DNA of 64,000 nucleotides from NCBI RefSeq assembly GCF_988242995.1, contig NZ_OZ547043.1; one strand, 5' to 3'. Shown piece by piece: positions 49,761 to 64,000 of this stretch (position 1 is its first letter; each line of letters starts with the position of its first letter). The notes under the pieces were generated by a model. It saw only the letters and a program-made list of their open reading frames with translations, ran no database searches and was not told where the DNA came from. The position numbers and the translations under genes were made by a program.

Positions 49761-49767
49761 TTTGAAG

Positions 49768-49791
49768 CCTCCGCCGCTGGTACGGCGGAGG
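49768..49791. terminator. bidirectional terminator between sbcB and yeeD
   Basis: cctccgccg ctggta cggcggagg hairpin. Confidence 0.6.
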
Positions 49792-49802
49792 ACAATGTTG
49801 AG

Positions 49803-50030
49803 TCAGGCTTTTTGAACGGTGATGCTCCACGCTGCATCGCCAATCTGCTGATAATCGGTGATGGCATGTCCTTCTTCTGCCGCCCACTGTGGGATTGCTT
49901 CAGTTGCCTGGGTGCAATCAAACTCAATTACCAACTCATCGCCGCTGGCCATTTCTGCCAGTGCTGCTTTTGCTTCTATGAGTGGAAACGGACAGACCTG
50001 CGTCACCACATCCAGCTTTTTAATTGCCAT
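49803..50030 (-). CDS. yeeD: TusA-like sulfur carrier protein YeeD
   Basis: 75 aa with CPFP motif (VVTQVCPFPLIEAK). Confidence 0.85.
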   Translation of the reverse strand: MAIKKLDVVTQVCPFPLIEAKAALAEMASGDELVIEFDCTQATEAIPQWAAEEGHAITDYQQIGDAAWSITVQKA

Positions 50031-50043
50031 CTTTACACCTTAC

Positions 50044-51102
50044 TTAATTTGCCGCAGCAGTTGCCAGTCGCGCCTTACGCTGCGGTCGAACATACACAAG
50101 CCAGGACGCAGTCCAGACTCCGAGAATCATAAATACAAGGCCAATCCAGCCCTGCCAGGTCATCATTGCAGTCATAACCAGTCCATTACCGATAGAGCAA
50201 CCACCTGCAATACTGGCACCGAAGCCCATCAGTACACCACCTAACCCGCTACGTAATGTTGTTTGTGCATCAGCTGCGCGAACGCGGAACTCACGGCTCG
50301 CTTTGGCTGCAATAAATGACCCCACGAAGATCCCTAACACCAGGAAAACGCCCCAGTTAATGTATTTCACGTCACCCGCGACCAGAAATTGCAGAATATT
50401 GGCCGTTGGGGAAGTGATTCCTAACCCAAACATGCGTCCGGTTGCTTCACTCAGGGGCCAGGCTAAAAGCGCAATCAAACCGATGAGTACAGCAGTGACA
50501 AAGGGATGCCAGCGTTTTTCAAACAGAATATGAGCGATCCCGGTTCGGCGCGGCGGTAAGGTCGCGACTTTGAGTTTTGGCTTCTTCAACTCTTTCATCA
50601 CCACCCAGAGCGTTATCACCAGCAAAACGGCAACCAACGGCCACACAGACAAATTAAAAGTCTCAGCAATAGAGTTATGTTCAGTACTGTAGTGCTGCAA
50701 GGTTTGATTTAAACCACTGGCATGTGGAGAACGCATCACCGCACTCATCACCATATAAGTGAAAAGCGCGATCCAACTGCCGATCAATCCCTCACCCGCG
50801 CGATACCAGGTCCCGGTGGCACATCCACCCGCCAGAACAATTCCCAGCCCGAAGATATACCCACCTATAACAGTACCAAGCCACGGGAACGCCCCGGCTT
50901 CGTAAGTCAGTAGGCCCGCCTGAATTAACGCAAAAACCCCCACGCTTTGTACCGAAATTGCAATCAGCAAGGCGTAAAACATGCGATTATTTTTCACGAT
51001 ATACATATCGCGAAAACCACCTGTCAGGCAAAAACGCCCACGCTGCATGACAAATCCCAGCAGAGCACCACAAATTAGCCCGCTTAATATCATTGAAAAC
51101 AT
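50044..51102 (-). CDS. yeeE: thiosulfate transporter YeeE (TsuA)
   Basis: 352 aa membrane protein; 14-nt gap to yeeD. Confidence 0.85.
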   Translation of the reverse strand: MFSMILSGLICGALLGFVMQRGRFCLTGGFRDMYIVKNNRMFYALLIAISVQSVGVFALIQAGLLTYEAGAFPWLGTVIGGYIFGLGIVLAGGCATGTWYRAGEGLIGSWIALFTYMVMSAVMRSPHASGLNQTLQHYSTEHNSIAETFNLSVWPLVAVLLVITLWVVMKELKKPKLKVATLPPRRTGIAHILFEKRWHPFVTAVLIGLIALLAWPLSEATGRMFGLGITSPTANILQFLVAGDVKYINWGVFLVLGIFVGSFIAAKASREFRVRAADAQTTLRSGLGGVLMGFGASIAGGCSIGNGLVMTAMMTWQGWIGLVFMILGVWTASWLVYVRPQRKARLATAAAN

Positions 51103-51280
51103 AAATTAATTAACCAGATGAATGTTAATGGGGAAATTATTCATGACTGGTGGAATGCAGACCAATAACCAAATTCTCTAAATTAGAACAAATGGTTATT
51201 AATGAGGATTTCGATAAAAAAGAATAAAAAAACCGGAGCCAAATGTTCATTCGACTCCGGTTTATTATTAGAAAAGATGA

Positions 51281-52639
51281 TTATGCTACGTCTTCGTACT
51301 GCGGAACCGGGTTACGGAAACTCTTGGTTACGCAAGCCAGGTAAATCAGACCGATAGCAGCCCAGATCAGACCCAGAACCATTGAGCTTTCTTCCAGGTT
51401 AACCCACAGCGCACCAACGGTCAGCGCACCACACATCGGCAGGAACAGATACTGGAAGTGATCTTTCAGCGTCTTGTTACGCTTCTCACGGATCCAGAAC
51501 TGCGAAATAACCGACAGGTTAACGAAGGTGAACGCCACCAGCGCACCAAAGTTAATCAGCGCCGTAGCCATTACCAGGTCGAAGTTGATTGCCAGCAAGG
51601 CAATCGCGCCAACCAGGATGATGTTCATTGCCGGAGTACGCCATTTCGGGTGTACATAACCGAAGAAGCTTTTCGGGAACACACCGTCACGCCCCATTAC
51701 GTACATCAGACGCGCTACGCCTGCATGCGCCGCCATACCGGACGCCAGTACGGTAATGGTGGAGAAGATCAGCGCGCCAACCTGGAACGCTTTACCCGCA
51801 ACGTACAGCATGATTTCAGGCTGTGACGCATCCGGATCTTTAAAGCGAGAGATATCCGGGAAGTACAGCTGCAGGAAGTAAGTTGCAAAGATGAAGATCA
51901 TGCCGCCAATCAGCGCGGTCAGGAAAATCGCACGCGGGATCACGCGCTCTGCATCTTTGGTTTCTTCCGACAGGTTGCTGATGCCGTCAAAGCCGGTAAA
52001 GGAGAAGCACAGGATTGTCGCCCCGGTAATCATCGGGATAACATGCGCATCGCCAGACCAGAACGGACGAGTGCTCGCCAGCGTACCCGCGCCTTCACCT
52101 TCAAATACGCCATAAACAACCATGCCCAGAATCACCGCGATCAGCACTACCTGCAACACGACGATTACAGTGTTGAAGTTCGCTACGGATTTCAGACTAC
52201 GCAGGTTAAAGGCGGTCATAAAGGCCACCAGCGCCACCACAAACATCCACGATGGGATGGAAGGCACCAGAGCTTCAAAATAGATTTTCGCCAGCAGAAT
52301 GTTGATCATCGGCGCGAACAGATAGTCGAGCAGAGAAGACCAACCCACCATAAAGCCGACAGTCGGGCTAATGGATTTCTGGGCGTAAGTGTATGCAGAG
52401 CCAGCAGAAGGATAGCGGCGAACCAGCTTCCCGTAGCTCAGAGCCGTAAACAGGATCGCAATCAATGCGAACGCATAGGCTGTCGGCACATGACCATCCG
52501 TGAGGCCTGAAACGATACCAAATGTATCAAACAGCGTCATCGGCTGCATATAGGCAAGACCCATCATTACAACCGGAACTAACGTAAGCGTTTTACGCAA
52601 TTCCACGCGAGAGGTGTTTGGAGTAACGTTATGCGACAT
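51281..52639 (-). CDS. plaP: putrescine importer PlaP (YeeF), APC family
   Basis: About 452 aa from [20 protein letters not shown] within ORF 51281..52645. Confidence 0.85.
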   Translation of the reverse strand: MSHNVTPNTSRVELRKTLTLVPVVMMGLAYMQPMTLFDTFGIVSGLTDGHVPTAYAFALIAILFTALSYGKLVRRYPSAGSAYTYAQKSISPTVGFMVGWSSLLDYLFAPMINILLAKIYFEALVPSIPSWMFVVALVAFMTAFNLRSLKSVANFNTVIVVLQVVLIAVILGMVVYGVFEGEGAGTLASTRPFWSGDAHVIPMITGATILCFSFTGFDGISNLSEETKDAERVIPRAIFLTALIGGMIFIFATYFLQLYFPDISRFKDPDASQPEIMLYVAGKAFQVGALIFSTITVLASGMAAHAGVARLMYVMGRDGVFPKSFFGYVHPKWRTPAMNIILVGAIALLAINFDLVMATALINFGALVAFTFVNLSVISQFWIREKRNKTLKDHFQYLFLPMCGALTVGALWVNLEESSMVLGLIWAAIGLIYLACVTKSFRNPVPQYEDVA

Positions 52640-52905
52640 GGTCATTCTCCTTTACGGTGATAACCGTCGCGTAAGCAAAAAATTGCCCCATTTTTTTGGA
52701 TTCCTCAGCGACAACAACTGTCGATTTTTAGTAAATATCTATCCGGTACGAAGCCCGGCCTCTTGGTATGAATGATTGGTTTGAAGCAAAAAATAACCGA
52801 CGCTGATGAAACGTCGGTTTTTAGTCATTTTTTGACAGCGGCGCATTGTGCCTAAATGGGGGGGAAATGACAAGAGAATGAGAGGCTTGTCATAATAATT
52901 TTTCT

Positions 52906-53835
52906 TTAAATGGCTGATTTTCCGTCATCAGATTTTGCATAAACACCGGCGATCGCACTATTTGCTAAAATTTCATCTCGCCACCAGCCGCTGGCAAGCC
53001 CTGCGGTCTGTTCGTTCCAGCCAATCCAGACGGGTTCAAAGAGAGTTTGGGCGACTACTTTCTTCTCGATTAACGCGCCACTATCGAGAAAACGTTGCGC
53101 CAGATAACGGGGTAAATAGCCGCAGCCAAGGCCGCTAATTTGCAGCTCCAGCTTGGTTTTAAAATCGAAAACGGTAATGGCTTCTTGTTCGTCGAGAAGT
53201 TGTGGGGCCGTAGAAGCGCCGGCCTGCGCAGTGTCCCCCACCACAATCGCCCGATATCGTTTAATGATACGACGGTTTAACGGTTCTTCTTCCAGGGCTA
53301 ACGGATGATGAGGCGCGACCGCAAAGACTTGTTCCAGATCGCCCAACCGCGAGAAACCAAACTCACTGGAAGATGGTGGCTCATGCATCGCGCCAACAAT
53401 AATATCCGCTCGCCCCTGAGTCAGGGCATCCCAGGAACCACCGAGTACGCCATTGATAAACTTCAGGCGCGTCACGCTATGATGTTGATAAAAAGCTTCA
53501 ATCAGTGGCGCAAGCAGAGAAAAAGGAAACGTGTCGTCCACGCCAATCACCAGCTCGTTTTCCCAGCCTTCATGCAGTTTGATCGCCTGCTTTTCCAGTT
53601 CCCGCACGGTATGCAGAACTTCCCGCCCTTTCTCTAATAACATTTTTCCGGTACGGGTGAATTTAGCGCGGTGACCGCTACGATCAAGCAATTGAATATT
53701 AAGGTCGCTTTCCAGCTTGTGAACGGTGTAACTCAGAGCGGACGGCGTCTTATAGAGTTTGGCCGACGCCGCCGCAAAACTGCCTTCTTTTTCTAAGGCA
53801 TCGAGGATCATCAACACATCCAGCAGTGGTTTCAT
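52906..53835 (-). CDS. yeeY: LysR-family transcriptional regulator YeeY
   Basis: 309 aa with N-terminal LysR HTH. Confidence 0.85.
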   Translation of the reverse strand: MKPLLDVLMILDALEKEGSFAAASAKLYKTPSALSYTVHKLESDLNIQLLDRSGHRAKFTRTGKMLLEKGREVLHTVRELEKQAIKLHEGWENELVIGVDDTFPFSLLAPLIEAFYQHHSVTRLKFINGVLGGSWDALTQGRADIIVGAMHEPPSSSEFGFSRLGDLEQVFAVAPHHPLALEEEPLNRRIIKRYRAIVVGDTAQAGASTAPQLLDEQEAITVFDFKTKLELQISGLGCGYLPRYLAQRFLDSGALIEKKVVAQTLFEPVWIGWNEQTAGLASGWWRDEILANSAIAGVYAKSDDGKSAI

Positions 53836-53880
53836 ACACGCCCCCTTGCAGTGTATGCGGCGTCCTGCTGGCGTGATCGT

Positions 53881-54705
53881 TTACTCCAGCGGCATTACCA
53901 GCGGATCGGGATACTGGTATTCAAACCCCAGTTCATTACAAATCCGACTGCCATCAATAATCTTACCTTTGCCGCTGTCCAGACTATTTCTGAACTGCGG
54001 AGGTTCCAGCCCCAGTAAACGGGCCATCTGCGGATAGAAAACATTACGCGCAGGGTGAGCTGGCGCACATATATTATAGATGTGTCCGCCTTTAGGTGCC
54101 TGTAACAACAGAGTGATAGCGCCAATAACATCTTCTAAATGGACTAAATTAACACCATGTTCACCATCAGGCGCGGTTTTTCCGGCAAAGAAGCGTCCGG
54201 GATGACGTCCCGGTCCGACCAGGCCCGCAAGACGCAGAATATCGACCGAAGTACCGGGTAAATTGTGCAGCCAGTCTTCGAGTTCTTCTAATACTCGTCC
54301 ACTGTTGGTTACCGGATTACGCGAGGTGGTTTCTTTCACCGTGCCTTGCGCGTCGCCATAGACAGATGTTGAGCTGGTAAAAATAATTCGGGGAATACGA
54401 TGGGCCAGCGCGCTATCCACTAACTCTTGTACCGCTTGTAAATAGAACTCATCGCCGGAGCCGCTACGACGTGCCGGAAGCGTAATGACCAGTGCATCGG
54501 CATCCATCAGGGCATCCAGATCGTCAGAATCGCAAACTAACTCAGGTTCCATGCGAAGCAGATAGCTATCAATGCCACTCATTCGGGCCGCTTCGACACC
54601 ATCTTGTGTGGTTTTACTCCCGGTGACTTGCCAGCCTCGCGCTGAAAGTGACATCGCCAGCGGCATACCTAACCACCCTAACCCGACAATTGCGACCTTT
54701 TTCAT
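53881..54705 (-). CDS. yeeZ: NAD-dependent epimerase/dehydratase-family protein YeeZ
   Basis: 274 aa; Rossmann motif VAIVGLGWLG. Confidence 0.85.
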   Translation of the reverse strand: MKKVAIVGLGWLGMPLAMSLSARGWQVTGSKTTQDGVEAARMSGIDSYLLRMEPELVCDSDDLDALMDADALVITLPARRSGSGDEFYLQAVQELVDSALAHRIPRIIFTSSTSVYGDAQGTVKETTSRNPVTNSGRVLEELEDWLHNLPGTSVDILRLAGLVGPGRHPGRFFAGKTAPDGEHGVNLVHLEDVIGAITLLLQAPKGGHIYNICAPAHPARNVFYPQMARLLGLEPPQFRNSLDSGKGKIIDGSRICNELGFEYQYPDPLVMPLE

Positions 54706-54787
54706 CCGTTATCTCCTGATACACCTTAGATCTATAAGGCTACGCTAGCGTATCAAAACTGACAATTCATTCTATGAATGAATCTGT

Positions 54788-55042
54788 TCAATAATGATAA
54801 CGACATGCTGCAATGAGCAGTGAATCATCAGTAACCGCGTATACCAGACGGTGCTCCTCTGTAATGCGTCGGGACCAGAAACCTGACAAATTATGTTTCA
54901 GGGGTTCTGGTTTCCCCTTACCTTCAAATGGTGTTCTGCGGGTATCTTTGATAAGTTCATTGATCTTTTTAACAATTCGCTTATCTGTTTCCTGCCAGTA
55001 CAGATAATCATCCCATGATTCCTCAGACCAGATTAGTTTCAC
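54788..55042 (-). CDS. yoeB: YoeB toxin (RelE-fold mRNA interferase)
   Basis: 84 aa [33 protein letters not shown]... Confidence 0.9.
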
Positions 55043-55290
55043 TCAATAATGTCCTTTTCCGTTCCTTTGCCTGATTTCAGGCTATCGATTGAGTCCATCA
55101 ATCTCCGGGCGTTAGCGGGGGAACGCAGTAGATAAGCCGTCTCTTCCAGCGAGTTGTATTCTTCGAGTGACATCAGAACACAAGCCTCTCCATTCTGACG
55201 AGTAATGAGGATCGGGGCATGATCTTCAACGGCTTTCATCATTGTTGCCGACAAATTCTGACGCGCTTCGCTGTAACTAATTGTACGCAT
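55039..55290 (-). CDS. yefM: YefM antitoxin
   Basis: 83 aa [31 protein letters not shown]...; overlaps yoeB start by 4 nt. Confidence 0.9.
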
Positions 55291-55504
55291 GTCAATCTCC
55301 TCTTTTGTACAGCTTATTGTACAATGATAGACGTTGATTCACTATTTATTAATTAGTTTGTAGATCAAGACATTGTCAGTGAGACGAAAAATCCAGGCTT
55401 CGCTATTTTGGGTACCGTCAGGTTAGAGGACAGTCCTCTTAGCGCCCTCCTTTCCCCGCTCATTCATTAAACAAATCCATCGCCATAAAATATATAAAAA
55501 AGCC

Positions 55505-55545
55505 CTTGCTTTCTAACGTGAAAGTGGTTTAGGTTAAAAGACATC
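55505..55545 (+). promoter_or_regulatory. putative his operon promoter
   Basis: ttgctt ... taggttaaaa upstream of hisL; assignment by position and sigma-70-like hexamers. Confidence 0.35.
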
Positions 55546-55573
55546 AGTTGAATAAACATTCACAGAGACTTTT

Positions 55574-55624
55574 ATGACACGCGTTCAATTTAAACACCAC
55601 CATCATCACCATCATCCTGACTAG
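55574..55624 (+). CDS. hisL: his operon leader peptide
   Basis: ATG ACA CGC GTT CAA TTT AAA CAC CAC CAT CAT CAC CAT CAT CCT GAC TAG = MTRVQFKHHHHHHHPD, seven consecutive His codons. Confidence 0.9.
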   Translation: MTRVQFKHHHHHHHPD

Positions 55625-55688
55625 TCTTTCAGGCGATGTGTGCTGGAAGACATTCAGATCTTCCAGTGGTGCATGAACGCATGAGAGA

Positions 55689-55722
55689 GCCCCCGGAAGA
55701 TCACCTTCCGGGGGCTTTTTTA
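55689..55722 (+). terminator. his attenuator terminator
   Basis: gcccccggaag atcac cttccgggggc followed by TTTTTTATT. Confidence 0.8.
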
Positions 55723-55769
55723 TTGCGCGGTTGATAACGGTTCAGACAGGTTTAAAGAGGAATAAGAAA

Positions 55770-56669
55770 ATGACAGACAACACTCGTTTACGCATAGCTA
55801 TGCAGAAATCCGGCCGTTTAAGTGATGACTCACGCGAATTGCTGGCGCGCTGTGGCATTAAAATCAATCTTCACACCCAGCGCCTGATCGCGATGGCAGA
55901 AAACATGCCGATTGATATTCTGCGCGTGCGTGACGACGACATTCCCGGTCTGGTAATGGACGGCGTGGTAGACCTTGGAATTATCGGCGAAAACGTGCTG
56001 GAAGAAGAACTGCTTAACCGCCGCGCCCAGGGTGAAGATCCGCGCTACTTTACCCTGCGTCGACTGGATTTCGGCGGCTGCCGCCTTTCGCTGGCAACGC
56101 CGGTTGATGAAGCCTGGGACGGCCCGCTCTCCTTAAATGGTAAACGTATCGCCACCTCTTATCCTCACCTGCTCAAGCGTTATCTCGACCAGAAAGGCAT
56201 CTCTTTTAAATCCTGCTTACTGAACGGTTCTGTTGAAGTCGCCCCGCGTGCCGGACTGGCGGATGCGATTTGCGATCTGGTTTCCACCGGTGCCACGCTG
56301 GAAGCTAACGGCCTGCGCGAAGTCGAAGTTATCTACCGCTCGAAAGCCTGCCTGATCCAGCGCGATGGCGAAATGGAAGAATCCAAACAGCAACTAATCG
56401 ACAAACTGCTGACCCGTATTCAGGGTGTGATCCAGGCGCGCGAATCAAAATACATCATGATGCACGCACCGACCGAACGTCTGGATGAAGTCATCGCCCT
56501 GCTGCCAGGTGCCGAACGCCCAACCATTCTGCCGCTGGCGGGTGACCAACAACGCGTAGCGATGCACATGGTCAGTAGCGAAACCCTGTTCTGGGAAACG
56601 ATGGAAAAACTGAAAGCGCTGGGTGCCAGTTCAATCCTGGTCCTGCCGATTGAGAAGATGATGGAGTGA
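55770..56669 (+). CDS. hisG: ATP phosphoribosyltransferase
   Basis: 299 aa from [21 protein letters not shown] within ORF 55731..56669. Confidence 0.9.
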
Positions 56670-56674
56670 TCGCC

Positions 56675-59045
<2,371 letters not shown>

Positions 59046-59046
<1 letters not shown>

Positions 59047-60112
59047 TGAGTCAGAAGTATCTTTTTATCGATCGCGATGGAACCCTGATTAGCGAACCGC
59101 CGAGTGATTTTCAGGTGGACCGTTTTGATAAACTCGCCTTTGAACCGGGCGTGATCCCGGAACTGCTGAAGCTGCAAAAAGCGGGCTACAAGCTGGTGAT
59201 GATCACTAATCAGGATGGTCTGGGAACACAAAGTTTCCCACAGGCGGATTTCGATGGCCCGCACAACCTGATGATGCAGATCTTCACCTCGCAAGGCGTA
59301 CAGTTTGATGAAGTGCTGATTTGTCCGCACCTGCCCGCCGATGAGTGCGACTGCCGTAAGCCGAAAGTAAAACTGGTGGAACGTTATCTGGCTGAGCAAG
59401 CGATGGATCGCGCTAACAGTTATGTGATTGGCGATCGCGCGACCGACATTCAACTGGCGGAAAACATGGGCATTAATGGTTTACGCTACGACCGCGAAAC
59501 CCTGAACTGGCCGATGATTGGCGAGCAACTCACTAAACGAGACCGTTACGCCCATGTAGTGCGCAACACCAAAGAGACGCAAATTGATGTCCAGGTGTGG
59601 CTGGATCGCGAAGGTGGCAGCAAGATTAACACCGGTGTTGGCTTCTTTGATCACATGCTGGATCAGATCGCCACCCACGGCGGTTTCCGCATGGAAGTCA
59701 ACGTCAAAGGCGACCTCTATATCGACGATCACCACACCGTCGAAGATACCGGCCTGGCGCTGGGCGAAGCGTTAAAAATTGCCCTCGGCGATAAACGCGG
59801 TATTTGCCGCTTTGGTTTTGTGCTGCCGATGGACGAATGCCTTGCCCGCTGTGCACTGGATATCTCTGGTCGCCCGCACCTGGAATATAAAGCCGAATTT
59901 ACCTACCAGCGCGTGGGCGATCTCAGCACCGAAATGATCGAGCACTTCTTCCGTTCGCTCTCATACACCATGGGCGTGACGTTGCACCTGAAAACCAAAG
60001 GTAAAAACGATCATCACCGTGTAGAGAGTCTCTTTAAAGCCTTTGGTCGCACCCTGCGCCAGGCCATCCGCGTGGAAGGCGACACCCTGCCCTCGTCGAA
60101 AGGAGTGCTGTA

Positions 60113-60113
<1 letters not shown>
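59046..60113 (+). CDS. hisB: bifunctional histidinol-phosphatase / imidazoleglycerol-phosphate dehydratase
   Basis: 355 aa from [15 protein letters not shown]; start overlaps hisC stop. Confidence 0.9.
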
Positions 60114-62191
<2,078 letters not shown>

Positions 62192-62198
<7 letters not shown>

Positions 62199-62803
62199 CA
62201 GAACAACAATGTCGCGAACTGGACTGGGAAAAAACCGACGGACTGATGCCGGTGATTGTGCAACACGCGGTATCCGGCGAAGTGTTAATGCTGGGCTATA
62301 TGAACCCGGAAGCCTTAGACAAAACCATCGAAAGCGGCAAAGTCACCTTCTTCTCGCGCACTAAACAGCGACTGTGGACCAAAGGCGAAACGTCGGGCAA
62401 TTTCCTCAACGTAGTAAATATTACGCCGGACTGCGACAACGACACGTTACTGTTGCTGGCGAATCCCATCGGCCCGACCTGCCACAAAGGCACCAGCAGC
62501 TGCTTCGGCGACACCGCTCACCAGTGGCTGTTCCTGTATCAACTGGAACAACTGCTCGCCGAACGTAAATCTGCCGATCCGGAAACCTCCTACACCGCCA
62601 AACTGTATGCCAGCGGCACCAAGCGCATTGCGCAGAAAGTGGGCGAAGAAGGCGTGGAAACTGCGCTGGCAGCAACGGTACATGACCGCTTTGAACTCAC
62701 CAACGAGGCGTCTGACTTGATGTATCACCTGCTGGTGCTGTTGCAGGATCAGGGGCTGGATTTAACGACGGTAATTGAGAACCTGCGTAAACGGCATCAG
62801 TGA
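62192..62803 (+). CDS. hisI: bifunctional phosphoribosyl-AMP cyclohydrolase / phosphoribosyl-ATP pyrophosphatase
   Basis: 203 aa; overlaps hisF end. Confidence 0.9.
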
Positions 62804-62817
62804 GTTGCGGGGTAAGC

Positions 62818-62920
62818 GGATGCGATATTGTTGTCGCATCCGGAGCCATAGCCCGATGCGCAAGCTTATCGGGCCGACTATTCTCTCTGCACACGTAAGC
62901 TGGATACATCGCATCCGGCA
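62818..62920. repeat. REP-like palindromic units downstream of hisI
   Basis: Repeated gcggatgcg / cgcatccgg palindromic motifs. Confidence 0.35.
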
Positions 62921-62960
62921 AAAAAAACGGGCAAGGTGTCACCACCCTGCCCGTTTTCTT
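62920..62960. terminator. bidirectional terminator between hisI and wzzB
   Basis: A-run, aacgggcaagg ... cctgcccgtt hairpin, T-run. Confidence 0.7.
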
Positions 62961-62974
62961 TAAAGCTGCAAAGA

Positions 62975-63955
62975 TTATTTCGCGTTGTAATTACGCAGCG
63001 CATTACGCCCCAGCACAATCCCCGCGCCAACCATGCCGCCCAGCAGCACCGCCAGAATCAAGGTAATTGCCTTTTTCGGGCTATCGCGACGAATAGGTAA
63101 CATCGGTTTCATCACATAACGGTAAGCATGAATATCAAGATCATCAACCTTTAAGCTTTCGATATCCAGCAGGTTTTGACGAGTCTGATAGTAGTTTGGC
63201 GAGAACACCAACGGACGGGTCGCCTCATGCTTAATCATCGACTCCAGCGCTTCGCTCCCCAAAAGGAACAACGTATCTTGTGTCACATCTTCAGTCTGCT
63301 GAACTTGTGGCTTTGTCACCTGCGCCTGATTCGCATACTGCAACGCTTCCTGAATCTGACGGATACGCAGATCTTTCTGCTCCTGCGCGACCACTTCCTG
63401 GGTTTTCAGAGAGTCCTGCAAGTTTTTCATACGCAGCGCGATGTTATCTTTCAGGTCTTTTTCCAGTTCTTCATTGACCTGGTCGTCAACTTGCTGGATA
63501 TACTTCGCCAGCTGTTTCTGCGCACCTTCAGGTGTTTCACCCACATAAGAAACCGCTAACGGTAATGACTGATTTTTAACGGTAGGCTCAATGGTCAGCT
63601 TTTCTGCTTCTTCCTGGTTATCCAGCGTTTCCGCTAATGCTGAGAATGCAGTGCTGTAACGTCCGATAAGTGAAGCCTGAATGTCGGAGACTTTCGGTAC
63701 AGCTGATCCGTAGATCACATTCATCGCGTTGGTATAACCAGCGATTTGCCCCACATCAGGTTGAGTAACGATAGCTGTGGAAGTCCACTTTTCTTTGGCA
63801 ACGGCCAGATACCCTATAGCCAGGGCAATAGCCACAATGACAGAAATGATGATAGTCATCTTGCCGCGCCATAGTTGGACCAGTAAATCAATCAAATCAA
63901 TCTGTTCCGGGTCATGGTTTTGCCCAGAAACATTATTATTTTCTACTCTCATCAT
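62975..63955 (-). CDS. wzzB: O-antigen chain length determinant (Wzz/Cld)
   Basis: About 326 aa, MRVENNNVSGQNHDPEQIDLIDLLVQLWRGKMTIIIS..., N- and C-terminal TM helices. Confidence 0.85.
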   Translation of the reverse strand: MMRVENNNVSGQNHDPEQIDLIDLLVQLWRGKMTIIISVIVAIALAIGYLAVAKEKWTSTAIVTQPDVGQIAGYTNAMNVIYGSAVPKVSDIQASLIGRYSTAFSALAETLDNQEEAEKLTIEPTVKNQSLPLAVSYVGETPEGAQKQLAKYIQQVDDQVNEELEKDLKDNIALRMKNLQDSLKTQEVVAQEQKDLRIRQIQEALQYANQAQVTKPQVQQTEDVTQDTLFLLGSEALESMIKHEATRPLVFSPNYYQTRQNLLDIESLKVDDLDIHAYRYVMKPMLPIRRDSPKKAITLILAVLLGGMVGAGIVLGRNALRNYNAK

Positions 63956-64000
63956 TACCCTAACGGACGAAATAATTTTAAGTCGCCATAGTTTAGCGAT

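Noticed and set aside
55595-55615. CAC/CAT run as a simple-sequence repeat
   Set aside because: It is the seven-histidine codon run of the hisL leader peptide, a regulatory coding feature.

Overview
Enterobacterial (Escherichia coli-like) chromosomal segment. Conserved backbone: shiA 3' end, amn, yeeN, asnW, yeeO, asnU, cbl, nac, asnV, ldtA(erfK), cobT-cobS-cobU (1..11009), then yeeX, yeeA, sbmC, dacD, sbcB, yeeD, yeeE, plaP, yeeY, yeeZ, yoeB-yefM, hisL and hisGDCBHAFI, and wzzB (44608..63955). Between cobU and yeeX lies a ~33 kb accessory segment (about 11010..44600) that is heavily IS-laden: one IS110-family element, a disrupted ISL3-family transposase, two complete IS66-family elements with intact 8-bp target-site duplications, and two truncated IS66 end fragments. 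It carries (i) a small metabolic cluster (HTH-PfkB kinase fusion, GATase1-like protein, DMT-type transporter with an in-frame amber stop, phosphotriesterase-related protein) and (ii) a CP4-44-like prophage remnant (YeeP-like GTPase, DUF932, antirestriction protein, RadC-like YeeS, YeeT, CbeA antitoxin, frameshifted CbtA toxin, YeeW). The most notable content is a tightly coupled three-gene operon at 34626..38991 encoding a CrfC/dynamin-like GTPase (798 aa), a 301-aa partner and a patatin-like phospholipase (356 aa), sitting where E. coli K-12 carries flu (Ag43) and preceded by a cluster of three GATC sites in short direct repeats. I propose it as a candidate uncharacterised (possibly anti-phage or membrane-remodelling) system. 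All calls are from reading the sequence and ORF translations; no database searches were run.
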